From the IMG/VR virus record IMGVR_UViG_3300026382_000012, positions 1 to 64,000 of that record: DNA of 64,000 nucleotides; one strand, 5' to 3'. The notes beneath the pieces are model-generated. The model was not told the origin of the DNA, searched no databases, and was given only the letters and a program-made list of their open reading frames with translations. This DNA is from a virus. This document shows positions 51,096 through 59,817 of the stretch, in pieces (position 1 is the stretch's first letter; every line of letters starts with the position of its first letter). A program made the translations under genes and the position numbers.

Positions 51096-51689
51096 TTATT
51101 ACCTCCTATTTCACTATTCAAAATACTACTCATTATTATATCGTAATATAGATTATATAACTAATGAGTAGATTTAACACAATAAATACCATTATGAAAA
51201 TTCATTGCCGCTATTTATTGATCTATTAAATTTGCGCAGGGGTTTTGAGTATCAAACATTTGTAAATAACCTAGAAATACTTATAACTTATAAAATAAAC
51301 TTTAACGATATGGTTTTATATCTAGATGAAATTAATACATCAATTGATATTAATGGATCAACTCCGCGCAATATATTTTCGAATCTAGATTTTGAAAAGA
51401 TAAAAATAAGTAAAAATATAACTTGGATTAGATACAACAATACAAACGAAAATATTGATAAAGATTTGATAATGAAGATACTAAATGCTATTAGAACATT
51501 AAGTAAATCTACTGTTTTTTACATACTAACATTTAATAACATGTTACTATTCAATGAAGATGCTCTCGATTATTATGAGATAAAAGAACATATTAATACG
51601 CCTAATTTTCTTAACTACATAGCAAGTAATATAAATGACATCCAGATATTTGATGAAGATTTAGTTAACTTTCTAAACGTGAAGAGGCT

Positions 51690-52397
51690 ATGATGCATAT
51701 TGAATCAATAAGCTTGGATAATGCAGATAAACTATTACTAATTGCCGAAAGTAAGAAATATCTACTTTCAGCAGAGATAATAGAAAAATTAAAAAAGATA
51801 CGCAGAAAAATACATATTGATCTAAACATAATTGATAGAGATAAAAATAGTTCATATATGTATATTGAAAATAACAAAGAACTAATGGTTGTATATATGT
51901 TTAACGAAAATATCAAAGAAGAGTTATTTAACGAATTTGTGAATAAGAAACTTGATTTCGCTCTATTATTATTTGATGAGGATGATAAATATTCTGACTT
52001 TTTTAAATTTATTAGTTCTATTAAGAATTATGTTAGAATTATTGATTTTATTGATTCTTATTCTGATGGGTATAATGTTAATATTTATTTTGATAAATAT
52101 ATTCCTGTTGTGCTGTCTTCTAATAATTTAGAAAAATTTAGATTTTATCGAACCGCTCGCGGATTTTACTTTATAAAAGAACACCTTTCCGAATATGAAG
52201 AACTAGAAGAAATTTTTAAATCATTTAAATATACATATATCGTAATCGATAAAATAATTACGATATATGATAGAAATAACTTTATCATGTCCATAAATAT
52301 CTTATCTGAAGATTTTTACGAAGTCAAATGCCTATTATATAATGATATGCTTGACCCTTCGGAAGTCGAAAATTATGTAAGGTTCGAAAATGTCTAG
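51690..52397 (+). CDS. Hypothetical protein, module gene A copy 1 (C-terminal motif family)
   Basis: Distant paralog of 54401 and 56018; ends VENYVRFENV. Confidence 0.7.
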   Translation: MMHIESISLDNADKLLLIAESKKYLLSAEIIEKLKKIRRKIHIDLNIIDRDKNSSYMYIENNKELMVVYMFNENIKEELFNEFVNKKLDFALLLFDEDDKYSDFFKFISSIKNYVRIIDFIDSYSDGYNVNIYFDKYIPVVLSSNNLEKFRFYRTARGFYFIKEHLSEYEELEEIFKSFKYTYIVIDKIITIYDRNNFIMSINILSEDFYEVKCLLYNDMLDPSEVENYVRFENV

Positions 52398-53088
52398 TTC
52401 TAATAATTACTACCTCATTATAAACGAAAGCATTATGTACAATAAATTTACAGATACAATTATAAAAATAAATATAAACAGGCTTTTTAAACCAATACCT
52501 GCGTATAATGAATATAGAACATATATGAAAGTTTTTGAATTATCAGGAGATGAAAAATTATTTACGTTTGAAATCGATAACATTGCCATTTTGAAGATAT
52601 ATGTTAAAGAAAAAGATAATTTAGTTAATACCGTCAATAAATGGTTGAATAAAACTGAAATAAATAATTTATTTGAAATGTTTTGTAATATAAAAACAAA
52701 TGTTGAAGCGCATTATGATATTAACAATAATATTAAGACTATTAATATCAATAATCAGTTATATTTTGAACTTCCTTTTAATATAAAAATTAAGAAACTA
52801 GTCGAGCATTTACCAATATATGTCATCAACAAAAAGAATAATACCATTATAAGAAAAATACAGAATTTATTCTACGAATTAAGTCGAAACTCGCGCCTAA
52901 GACACATCAATAATAATTTTATATTACTATGCTATAAAGATAAGATATATTATATTTGGGGCGATACTATTATAGAATACACAGAACAAACCAAGCAAGA
53001 TATAATATATGATGTTTTATATAAAATTTTGAATCTGAAAATAGAAAAGAATGCATTTATTAATCTTATGAAATTAACTAGATTCTAA
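52390..53088 (+). CDS. Hypothetical protein, module gene B copy 1 (C-terminal motif family)
   Basis: Distant paralog of 55059 and 56692; ends FINLMKLTRF. Confidence 0.7.
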   Translation: MSSSNNYYLIINESIMYNKFTDTIIKININRLFKPIPAYNEYRTYMKVFELSGDEKLFTFEIDNIAILKIYVKEKDNLVNTVNKWLNKTEINNLFEMFCNIKTNVEAHYDINNNIKTININNQLYFELPFNIKIKKLVEHLPIYVINKKNNTIIRKIQNLFYELSRNSRLRHINNNFILLCYKDKIYYIWGDTIIEYTEQTKQDIIYDVLYKILNLKIEKNAFINLMKLTRF

Positions 53089-53104
53089 CCTAACAAAAGA
53101 GGTT

Positions 53105-53689
53105 ATGATGTATACTTACCTAATAGCCACGCCATTGTATACGATAAATTACTATTCAGAAAATAAAAAGAAAGATCTAAAAGAAATCGAAGAAACATAT
53201 TATAAACTAGTTAAAAAGAGTATCGAATTTTATAAGAAAATTTATAACACAAATAGTGATTTAAAAATTGAAAATAGAAATGTGTCTTATCGTGAAAACT
53301 TTTGTTTAAATCTTAATGCATTATTAACATTAAGAAAATTAAACGGCGCGCGTATTGTAAGAGCTTTCTTTAGTACATCTTATACCTTATATGGAGTAAA
53401 AGTTAAATTATCAGATAAATATCTAGAAGAATTAATAAACGAAATCAGATACCTTATAAACATAATAAATAAAACATACAAACAATACAGAAAAAATATT
53501 TCAATTTCACATGTTGATATTATATATGTTTTTAAAGCAGAAAATGAAATCTATAAAAAATTGAGGTTAGAATTACTAAATAACCGCGCAATATCAAAAG
53601 AGATAACCAACTTAAATATTTCTGATAGGCAAGCAGTAGAAATAGCAATAAAGGAGCTGTTTAATAAGGTTCTACTTACAAAACTTTAA
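53105..53689 (+). CDS. Hypothetical protein (C-terminal motif family)
   Basis: Ends LFNKVLLTKL. Confidence 0.7.
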   Translation: MMYTYLIATPLYTINYYSENKKKDLKEIEETYYKLVKKSIEFYKKIYNTNSDLKIENRNVSYRENFCLNLNALLTLRKLNGARIVRAFFSTSYTLYGVKVKLSDKYLEELINEIRYLINIINKTYKQYRKNISISHVDIIYVFKAENEIYKKLRLELLNNRAISKEITNLNISDRQAVEIAIKELFNKVLLTKL

Positions 53690-53710
53690 TACGGAAAAGA
53701 GAGGTATTAT

Positions 53711-54388
53711 ATGTTAAAATTTATTGAGAGTATATGGCTCTCAACAAAGTTATTCTTTAGCAAAGCAGATTGTTATTTTATCAATAACAAAAAAGGATAT
53801 ATTAAAGTTAAAACACGCCCGATACATTTTATATATAAAAATGAAAATTACAATTTTGCCATTATACATATTCCATTTGAAGAAATAAAGATACTATATA
53901 TCCCAGATAGAACTTTATTGCTAAATTTTAGTAACGAAACTGAGTTACATCATTGGATAAATACCGTTTTGCAATTAGTTGAAGATGAGATAATTTTGGA
54001 AGATCATTTTAATTCTTCTCTTACTATTGGGCATATAGAATATTGTAAAACTGCACCGATTGATGAGATATTAAGCAATTTTAAATTTGAAGAGCATGAA
54101 CTTAATAAAACTGACAATACTATTAATATTGTCGCGCACCATAATGAAAACTTAGACGATATAATAACATTTATAATTAATACTCTAAGAAACATATCAA
54201 ATAGTATCTCAATTATTAATGATATATATGTAATAATTGGTTATGGCCAGATAACAATCAAATACGGTAAAAGAAAATTAACAAAATTGATAGAAAAGAT
54301 TAAAGATACTGATATTTATATGTTGTTCATTAACGATATTAAGTTAATAGAATTAATTAAAAATCATAATCTATTAAAGAAGTTATAG
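53711..54388 (+). CDS. Hypothetical protein (C-terminal motif family)
   Basis: Ends IKNHNLLKKL. Confidence 0.7.
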   Translation: MLKFIESIWLSTKLFFSKADCYFINNKKGYIKVKTRPIHFIYKNENYNFAIIHIPFEEIKILYIPDRTLLLNFSNETELHHWINTVLQLVEDEIILEDHFNSSLTIGHIEYCKTAPIDEILSNFKFEEHELNKTDNTINIVAHHNENLDDIITFIINTLRNISNSISIINDIYVIIGYGQITIKYGKRKLTKLIEKIKDTDIYMLFINDIKLIELIKNHNLLKKL

Positions 54389-54400
54389 AAAGAAACTGTA

Positions 54401-55081
54401 ATGTGGGAAGCAGAAACCTTTTATACATACACAGTAGCTTATAATATTAATAAAAATGTAAACATTAAAAAAGAACATTTAATTAAATTTATAGAATTAG
54501 TAGAATATTTTTCGGAAACTATAAACTTATATATAAGAGCATTCTATAAAACTCTAGTAACAGTAAAATACGATGGTTTAGTTATTAAACTGATATTCGA
54601 TAAAAATATGACACAAAGAGAATATGATGAATTAATTGATAAATTAGATAAAATTACGCCTCAAGAATTAAGAAATTTCTTTCACAATCAAATTACAAAA
54701 AATGTAGTTGAATACATAGAAATATTAGATTACGAATCAATCAAAATAGTATTTAAAAACTTAACTACTTATATTTTAAGTATTGATGACATAAATAACT
54801 TTAAAGAGGGATATCGTCCGGAAAAATCCGTATTTTTGTTAAATAAGAGAAATCCGAATAATACTGAAATAATCAAAATAGTAGATAGGTTATCAAAATT
54901 ATTTAATCATTATTTCTTAGTAATCGATAATATATTACTTATATATAACGATAGTTTAGATATATTAAAGATAATTACCCCTATTGACAAAATAAAAATT
55001 AATGATATAATTAGTCAGTTGACTTTTGAAAAGTTTACTCTAGAGGAACTGAATAATTATGAAAAACTCCGTGCGCTTTAA
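54401..55081 (+). CDS. Hypothetical protein, module gene A copy 2
   Basis: Close paralog of 56018; ends LNNYEKLRAL. Confidence 0.75.
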   Translation: MWEAETFYTYTVAYNINKNVNIKKEHLIKFIELVEYFSETINLYIRAFYKTLVTVKYDGLVIKLIFDKNMTQREYDELIDKLDKITPQELRNFFHNQITKNVVEYIEILDYESIKIVFKNLTTYILSIDDINNFKEGYRPEKSVFLLNKRNPNNTEIIKIVDRLSKLFNHYFLVIDNILLIYNDSLDILKIITPIDKIKINDIISQLTFEKFTLEELNNYEKLRAL

Positions 55082-55808
55082 ACAAACATTATATATAATT
55101 TTAGATAAAGAAAATCTATTAATATACGATAAAGATAAGATACTAAAAATCAATATAAAAGAAATCGAAATCGATGAAATATCTTATTTTAAAAAACACA
55201 TCCTGAAATTATCATACAATAATAAAATATATTACGAATTTGAGTTTAGTAATTATAGAAATAATAGACAAAAAAAATTATCAATAGAGTATTGTACGAA
55301 TAATGATAATATTGTAGATGTTGTTAATAAAATAATGAACAAAAAATCCATAATACCATTTATGTATTATATAGCAAATGCAAAAATAGATAACTTAAAT
55401 GTTATTATATCTGAAGACAATGATAATATAATCGAAATTAATGGAATCACTTTACGTGCACCGCGCATTAAAACATCATATGATATAAGTTATTTTGCGT
55501 CGTCAACGTACATTCGTTATTTATGTATAAATACATATTCTGATAAAATACACAATAAATTGGGAGAGATATCGAAAAAAATAATAGATAAAATAAGTAA
55601 TTTAAACATTCATAGTCCAATATTTACAATAGATTTTGATTATATAGTTTTTGAGAGCAGAATATTCTTCGTATTAAATAATTATATACGAGAAATAAAG
55701 GATGAATTAGATATACAAGAAATAATATTAATGTTTATGAAGAAAATGTTTAACTTAAAAATAAATGATGAAGAGCATACATCATTACTTAAACTAATGA
55801 TGCAATAA
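55059..55808 (+). CDS. Hypothetical protein, module gene B copy 2
   Basis: Close paralog of 56692; ends HTSLLKLMMQ. Confidence 0.75.
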   Translation: MKNSVRFKQTLYIILDKENLLIYDKDKILKINIKEIEIDEISYFKKHILKLSYNNKIYYEFEFSNYRNNRQKKLSIEYCTNNDNIVDVVNKIMNKKSIIPFMYYIANAKIDNLNVIISEDNDNIIEINGITLRAPRIKTSYDISYFASSTYIRYLCINTYSDKIHNKLGEISKKIIDKISNLNIHSPIFTIDFDYIVFESRIFFVLNNYIREIKDELDIQEIILMFMKKMFNLKINDEEHTSLLKLMMQ

Positions 55809-55830
55809 ACTACTTTAAAGGAGGTAAACG

Positions 55831-56006
55831 ATGGAAAAGAAAGTTAAGTATATTGTTAAAAAGAGTTGTACTAGGTCGTACATGATACGGTGATAAAGGT
55901 GTTTATAAAATGGAAACAAATAGACTATATGACACATACGAAGAAAAATTATTAGAAATTATCAAAGAAACCCCAAATCAAGATGGTCTACTAAAGAAAT
56001 TGTAGG
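55831..56006 (+). pseudogene. Frameshifted gene remnant ending LLKKL*, like 53711..54388
   Basis: Element, SD and ATG give only 20 codons; a second frame reads YGDKG...DGLLKKL*. Confidence 0.45.
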
Positions 56007-56017
56007 GAGAAGTTGCA

Positions 56018-56689
56018 ATGTGGAAAGTAGAAGCTTTTCATTCATATATAGTGGCTTACGACATTAATGAAAATATAAATGTAAAAAGAGAACATTTAAC
56101 TAAATTTATAGAATTAGTAGAACATTTCTCAGGAACTATAAATTTATATATAAGATTATTCTACAAATTTTTAGTGTTGATAAAATGTGACGACTCAATT
56201 ATTAAAATAATGTTTGATACTAGTATAACGCAAAATGAATACAATGAATTAATCGATAAATTAGATAAAATCACGCACCGACTAAAAGAAATAGGAAATT
56301 TCTTCCATAATCCAGTCACAAAAAATATGGTCGGATATATAGAGATATTAGACTATAGATCAATCAAAATAGTATTTAAAAATTCAACTACTTATATCCT
56401 AAATATTGATGATATAAATAACTTTAAGGAAAAAGTAATACATAAAAAATCTATATTATTACTGAATAAGAATAATCCAAATAATGTTAAAATAATTAAA
56501 ACAATAGATAAATTATCGAAATTATTTAATCATTACTTCTTAGTAATCGATAATATGTTACTTATATATAACAATAGTCTAGATGCGTTAATAACAGTTA
56601 TCTCTATTGATAAAGTAGAGATTGACGATGTGATTAAACAATTAACTTTTGGATTATTTACCTCAAAGAACCTCAAAGGAGTTAAGTAG
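56018..56689 (+). CDS. Hypothetical protein, module gene A copy 3 (tail frameshifted)
   Basis: Paralog of 54401; ACCTCAAAG duplication alters the C-terminus. Confidence 0.75.
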   Translation: MWKVEAFHSYIVAYDINENINVKREHLTKFIELVEHFSGTINLYIRLFYKFLVLIKCDDSIIKIMFDTSITQNEYNELIDKLDKITHRLKEIGNFFHNPVTKNMVGYIEILDYRSIKIVFKNSTTYILNIDDINNFKEKVIHKKSILLLNKNNPNNVKIIKTIDKLSKLFNHYFLVIDNMLLIYNNSLDALITVISIDKVEIDDVIKQLTFGLFTSKNLKGVK

Positions 56690-56691
56690 CT

Positions 56692-57453
56692 ATGAAAACC
56701 GCACGCCTATACACAATATTAGATAAGGAAAATCTACTAGTAAATGATAGTAACGAAATACTAAAAATTAATATAGAAGAAATAGTTGATGAAATGGGTT
56801 ATTTCAAGAAACATATTTTAAAATCATCATATAATAATAAAATATGTTACGAATTTAAATTTAACGAGTATGGAAATAGTAGACCGAAGAAATTATCAAT
56901 AAAATATTATACAAATAATGACAATATTGTAGAAGTTGTCAATGAAATAATGAACGAAAAATCTATAGTAGCATTTATATATTACATAGTTAATGCAAAA
57001 ATAGACAAACTAAATGTTACTATATCTGAAGATAATGGAGTCATAATTAAAACCAACGAAATAACTTTACACGCGCCGCATATCAAAGCATTATGCAATA
57101 CAAATCATTCTATTTTGTCATTTGCATTGCCATCAACATTTATAGCAAACACACATATTTGTAGTCTATGTATGAATACAAATTTTAGTAAGGCATATAA
57201 TAAATCAGACAAAATAACAAGAAAAATAACGGATAAAATAAACAGTTTAAATATACACAAACTAACATTTACAATAAGCTTTGACTATATAGTTTTTGAA
57301 GATAAAATATTCTTCGTATTACATGACTATATACGAGAAATAAAAAATGACGCGGATATACAGGAAATAGCATTGTTATATATAAAGAAAATGCTTAACT
57401 TAAAAATAACTGATGAGGAATACGCCACATTGTTTAAATTATTGATGTTGTAA
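56692..57453 (+). CDS. Hypothetical protein, module gene B copy 3
   Basis: Ends YATLFKLLML. Confidence 0.75.
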   Translation: MKTARLYTILDKENLLVNDSNEILKINIEEIVDEMGYFKKHILKSSYNNKICYEFKFNEYGNSRPKKLSIKYYTNNDNIVEVVNEIMNEKSIVAFIYYIVNAKIDKLNVTISEDNGVIIKTNEITLHAPHIKALCNTNHSILSFALPSTFIANTHICSLCMNTNFSKAYNKSDKITRKITDKINSLNIHKLTFTISFDYIVFEDKIFFVLHDYIREIKNDADIQEIALLYIKKMLNLKITDEEYATLFKLLML

Positions 57454-57479
57454 ACTACTTTAAAGGAGGTTAGAATAAA

Positions 57480-58289
57480 GTGTTTAGTGCAATCGTACAT
57501 AAATTACCTTACTTTCCTCACGCTAAATTATACAGTTGTGTAATAACTGAAGATAATAAGCTTATTTATAGCGGACTTATATATTCGCCACATGAAATAT
57601 TAAAAAACATATCCAATAAAATATTCAAAGATGTTCTTGAATATCTAGTAACATCTGGATATATAATTGATTGGGATAGTACTATTATTAAATTTGATCC
57701 TTTGCGAGAAGATATCTTTATTGACATGTCTAGATTATCAATACTTGGTTTTAGTAGAATTAAAAATATGACCATTTCTACTAAACTGGAAGTATACCAA
57801 AAAGCGATACCTGACATATCTGATGTTTTAAAAATCGCTAGAGGACTTTCTTATGTATCATTTGCATCATTGGAGGATATTTTAATATACATATCACAAG
57901 GCAATTCTAATTACATAAATATAGAAATAAGCAATACTGCTAGTACTATTGAAACTAAAAATTCGCGCGAATATTTTTCACAATTAAAATTCGAAAAAAT
58001 TGAAACAGATAAGTTTTCATGGATAAAATATAACGATAGTACTATTAAAAAAGAATTGATATTGAAAGTAATAAGTATAATAAATACATTGATAAGAGCC
58101 GATGTAAAACCAAATATATTAACAATAAGTGATTTATTAGTAACATCCGGCGGTTATGTATTTAATAAATACGAACTGGAAGAACGGATAGGATCATCAG
58201 ATATGTTTAATTATATAGCCAGTAAGATAGATCATATAGAAGTTTTCGACGACGAATTAATCAACTTTATGAATATAAAGAAATACTAA
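57480..58289 (+). CDS. Hypothetical protein (C-terminal motif family)
   Basis: Ends LINFMNIKKY. Confidence 0.72.
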   Translation: MFSAIVHKLPYFPHAKLYSCVITEDNKLIYSGLIYSPHEILKNISNKIFKDVLEYLVTSGYIIDWDSTIIKFDPLREDIFIDMSRLSILGFSRIKNMTISTKLEVYQKAIPDISDVLKIARGLSYVSFASLEDILIYISQGNSNYINIEISNTASTIETKNSREYFSQLKFEKIETDKFSWIKYNDSTIKKELILKVISIINTLIRADVKPNILTISDLLVTSGGYVFNKYELEERIGSSDMFNYIASKIDHIEVFDDELINFMNIKKY

Positions 58290-58342
58290 TTAATGGTAGC
58301 TATAAATAGTACAAATATGAACTATACTAAAATAAAAAAATT

Positions 58343-58371
58343 TTGGGTGGGATAATAATTCGCCCACCCAA
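58343..58371. terminator. Terminator between convergent genes
   Basis: TTGGGTGGG...CCCACCCAA with an A/T tract alongside. Confidence 0.7.
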
Positions 58372-58373
58372 TA

Positions 58374-59195
58374 CTATGCAATTAATTCACTAAACAGAAA
58401 TCTATATCTTTCTATGCCACTTTCAGCGAAAATTATATCTTTTATTTCGCTTTCTTTAACTACATCTTTTATATTTTTGATGACGTTAAAATTATATTCA
58501 TTAATCCAATTTATAACTTCTGATGTTACATATACTTTATTGTCTACTAATAACCTATTTATTGATATTACTTCGATTACAGTTAATTCCATTGCTTGTG
58601 TAAGAATTCTTGAATATTCTTCTATATAACTATTAAAATCACCGTTATCTTTAGGATATTTTATTTTTGTTAGTACTATGTCTTTAAATTTATAGTAAAG
58701 TTTTTCGTGTGCTTGTATGAAATATTTAATAATTTTCTTTTGAAAATCATTATCAAGTTGCTGGCATATCTTTTGTAATATTGTTGTGTATTTATCTTTA
58801 TAATAATCTAGAATTAATTCAACTATGCGTTTAAATTGCGCGCATTCGTTATTTCTTTTTCTGATAATAAACATGTATTTCATTAAATCTGAAATTGTTT
58901 GTATTGACTCGCGCCATACTCTAAATTTAACATCTAAAATATAATGACAAATGTAATCGAAATCAAAATTAGCATTTTCTATTAAACTTATAAACATAGA
59001 ATGATTATATTCAAATTTAGAAATATTATTACTAGTAGTTATAGATAACTTAATAAATCTTGAAAATTCTCTTTCGTCAATTAGTTCTATAAAGAAGTCA
59101 TCGTAATTATTTACTAATTTAACTAATCTGCTGCATTCGTTACGATAAGGACATTTATTACATATATCATTTTTTAGAAGAATTTCTCTCAGCAT
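58374..59195 (-). CDS. Hypothetical protein with N-terminal Cys cluster
   Basis: CNKCPYRNEC. Confidence 0.65.
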   Translation of the reverse strand: MLREILLKNDICNKCPYRNECSRLVKLVNNYDDFFIELIDEREFSRFIKLSITTSNNISKFEYNHSMFISLIENANFDFDYICHYILDVKFRVWRESIQTISDLMKYMFIIRKRNNECAQFKRIVELILDYYKDKYTTILQKICQQLDNDFQKKIIKYFIQAHEKLYYKFKDIVLTKIKYPKDNGDFNSYIEEYSRILTQAMELTVIEVISINRLLVDNKVYVTSEVINWINEYNFNVIKNIKDVVKESEIKDIIFAESGIERYRFLFSELIA

Positions 59196-59244
59196 ATTCT
59201 AAAACCCTATATGGAATAAAGTTTAATTAAATACTATTTAAAAA

Positions 59245-59742
59245 CTAAAATGATACATCTCTCTTGGTATTGATAGTTTTGACACTATCATCAATTGATA
59301 TTAATTTATTTTTAATATGTTCTAACTCTTTAGTAATAGCTTTAGTTTCAGATGTCAACTTTACTATTTCTAATAATAATTCGGGAATTTTTTCGCGATG
59401 AAAATTAGAATCGTCATTAATTTTCCTAAGAATTGACTTAATATTTTCTTCTATGTATTCTATACGTACATTTAATTTCTCTATTTCGTTTAATATATTT
59501 GTTATATCGCGGCCGGTATTACTAATAACCACTTGTTTATTTACATTCTGTGTTGTTGGCTGCGGTGATTTTTTAGTACTCATATTAGAATTCTTACCCA
59601 TAAGTGTAAGAAAAAAATCTTTATTTTGGACAATCACAATTACTAATAGAGCAATAATAAAAAGTATCAAAACAAATTCTAAATTTGTCAATGTCTTTAA
59701 TTTGTATGCGATAGCATCTGCAATAGAATCCGTCCATGCCAT
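59245..59742 (-). CDS. Single-TM coiled-coil protein (holin- or spanin-like, uncertain)
   Basis: N-terminal TM plus heptad repeats, downstream of the capsid gene. Confidence 0.5.
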   Translation of the reverse strand: MAWTDSIADAIAYKLKTLTNLEFVLILFIIALLVIVIVQNKDFFLTLMGKNSNMSTKKSPQPTTQNVNKQVVISNTGRDITNILNEIEKLNVRIEYIEENIKSILRKINDDSNFHREKIPELLLEIVKLTSETKAITKELEHIKNKLISIDDSVKTINTKRDVSF

Positions 59743-59781
59743 TATAGTTCCTTTTGATACTGATATAATACAAAAAATTAA

Positions 59782-59811
59782 ATGCCTCCGGGATTATAAT
59801 CCCGGAGGCAT
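59782..59811 (-). terminator. Perfect 30-bp palindrome after the major capsid gene
   Basis: ATGCCTCCGGGATTA-TAATCCCGGAGGCAT followed by a T-rich tract on the minus strand. Confidence 0.75.
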
Positions 59812-59817
59812 CAATAA

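Larger units (their letters stand above)
49002..51190 (-). mobile_element. IS607-family element 3 (ends approximate)
   Basis: tnpA plus tnpB plus right-end hairpin; GG at both junctions on the element strand. Confidence 0.85.
48880..51693 (+). pseudogene. Paralog of 57480..58289 interrupted by IS607 element 3 (pieces about 48880..49003 and 51191..51693)
   Basis: GAGG SD and ATG at 48880; joining at CC gives ...IKIPSI|HYENSLPLF...; 3' part aligns to 57480 (RG, FEKI, WIxYN, NYIAS); ends LVNFLNVKRL. Confidence 0.65.

Noticed and set aside
51146-51158. ATATAGATTATAT as another promoter copy
   Set aside because: Mismatched and inside the IS left end
45771-51190. IS607 elements as IStrons (group I intron chimeras)
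   Set aside because: Only about 100 nt lie between the left end and tnpA, leaving no room for a group I core; element 3 is also antisense to its host gene
54401-57453. Paralog pairs as DGR template/variable repeats
   Set aside because: Differences span whole genes and are not adenine-specific; no reverse transcriptase in the window
5686-57469. Repeat element as a CRISPR array or a sigma70 -10 box (TACTTT)
   Set aside because: Copies are separated by whole genes, not spacers. A -10 at this position would start transcription inside the SD.
59782-59811. Perfect 30-bp palindrome as a recombination site or origin
   Set aside because: Its position right after the capsid stop with a T-rich tract fits a terminator
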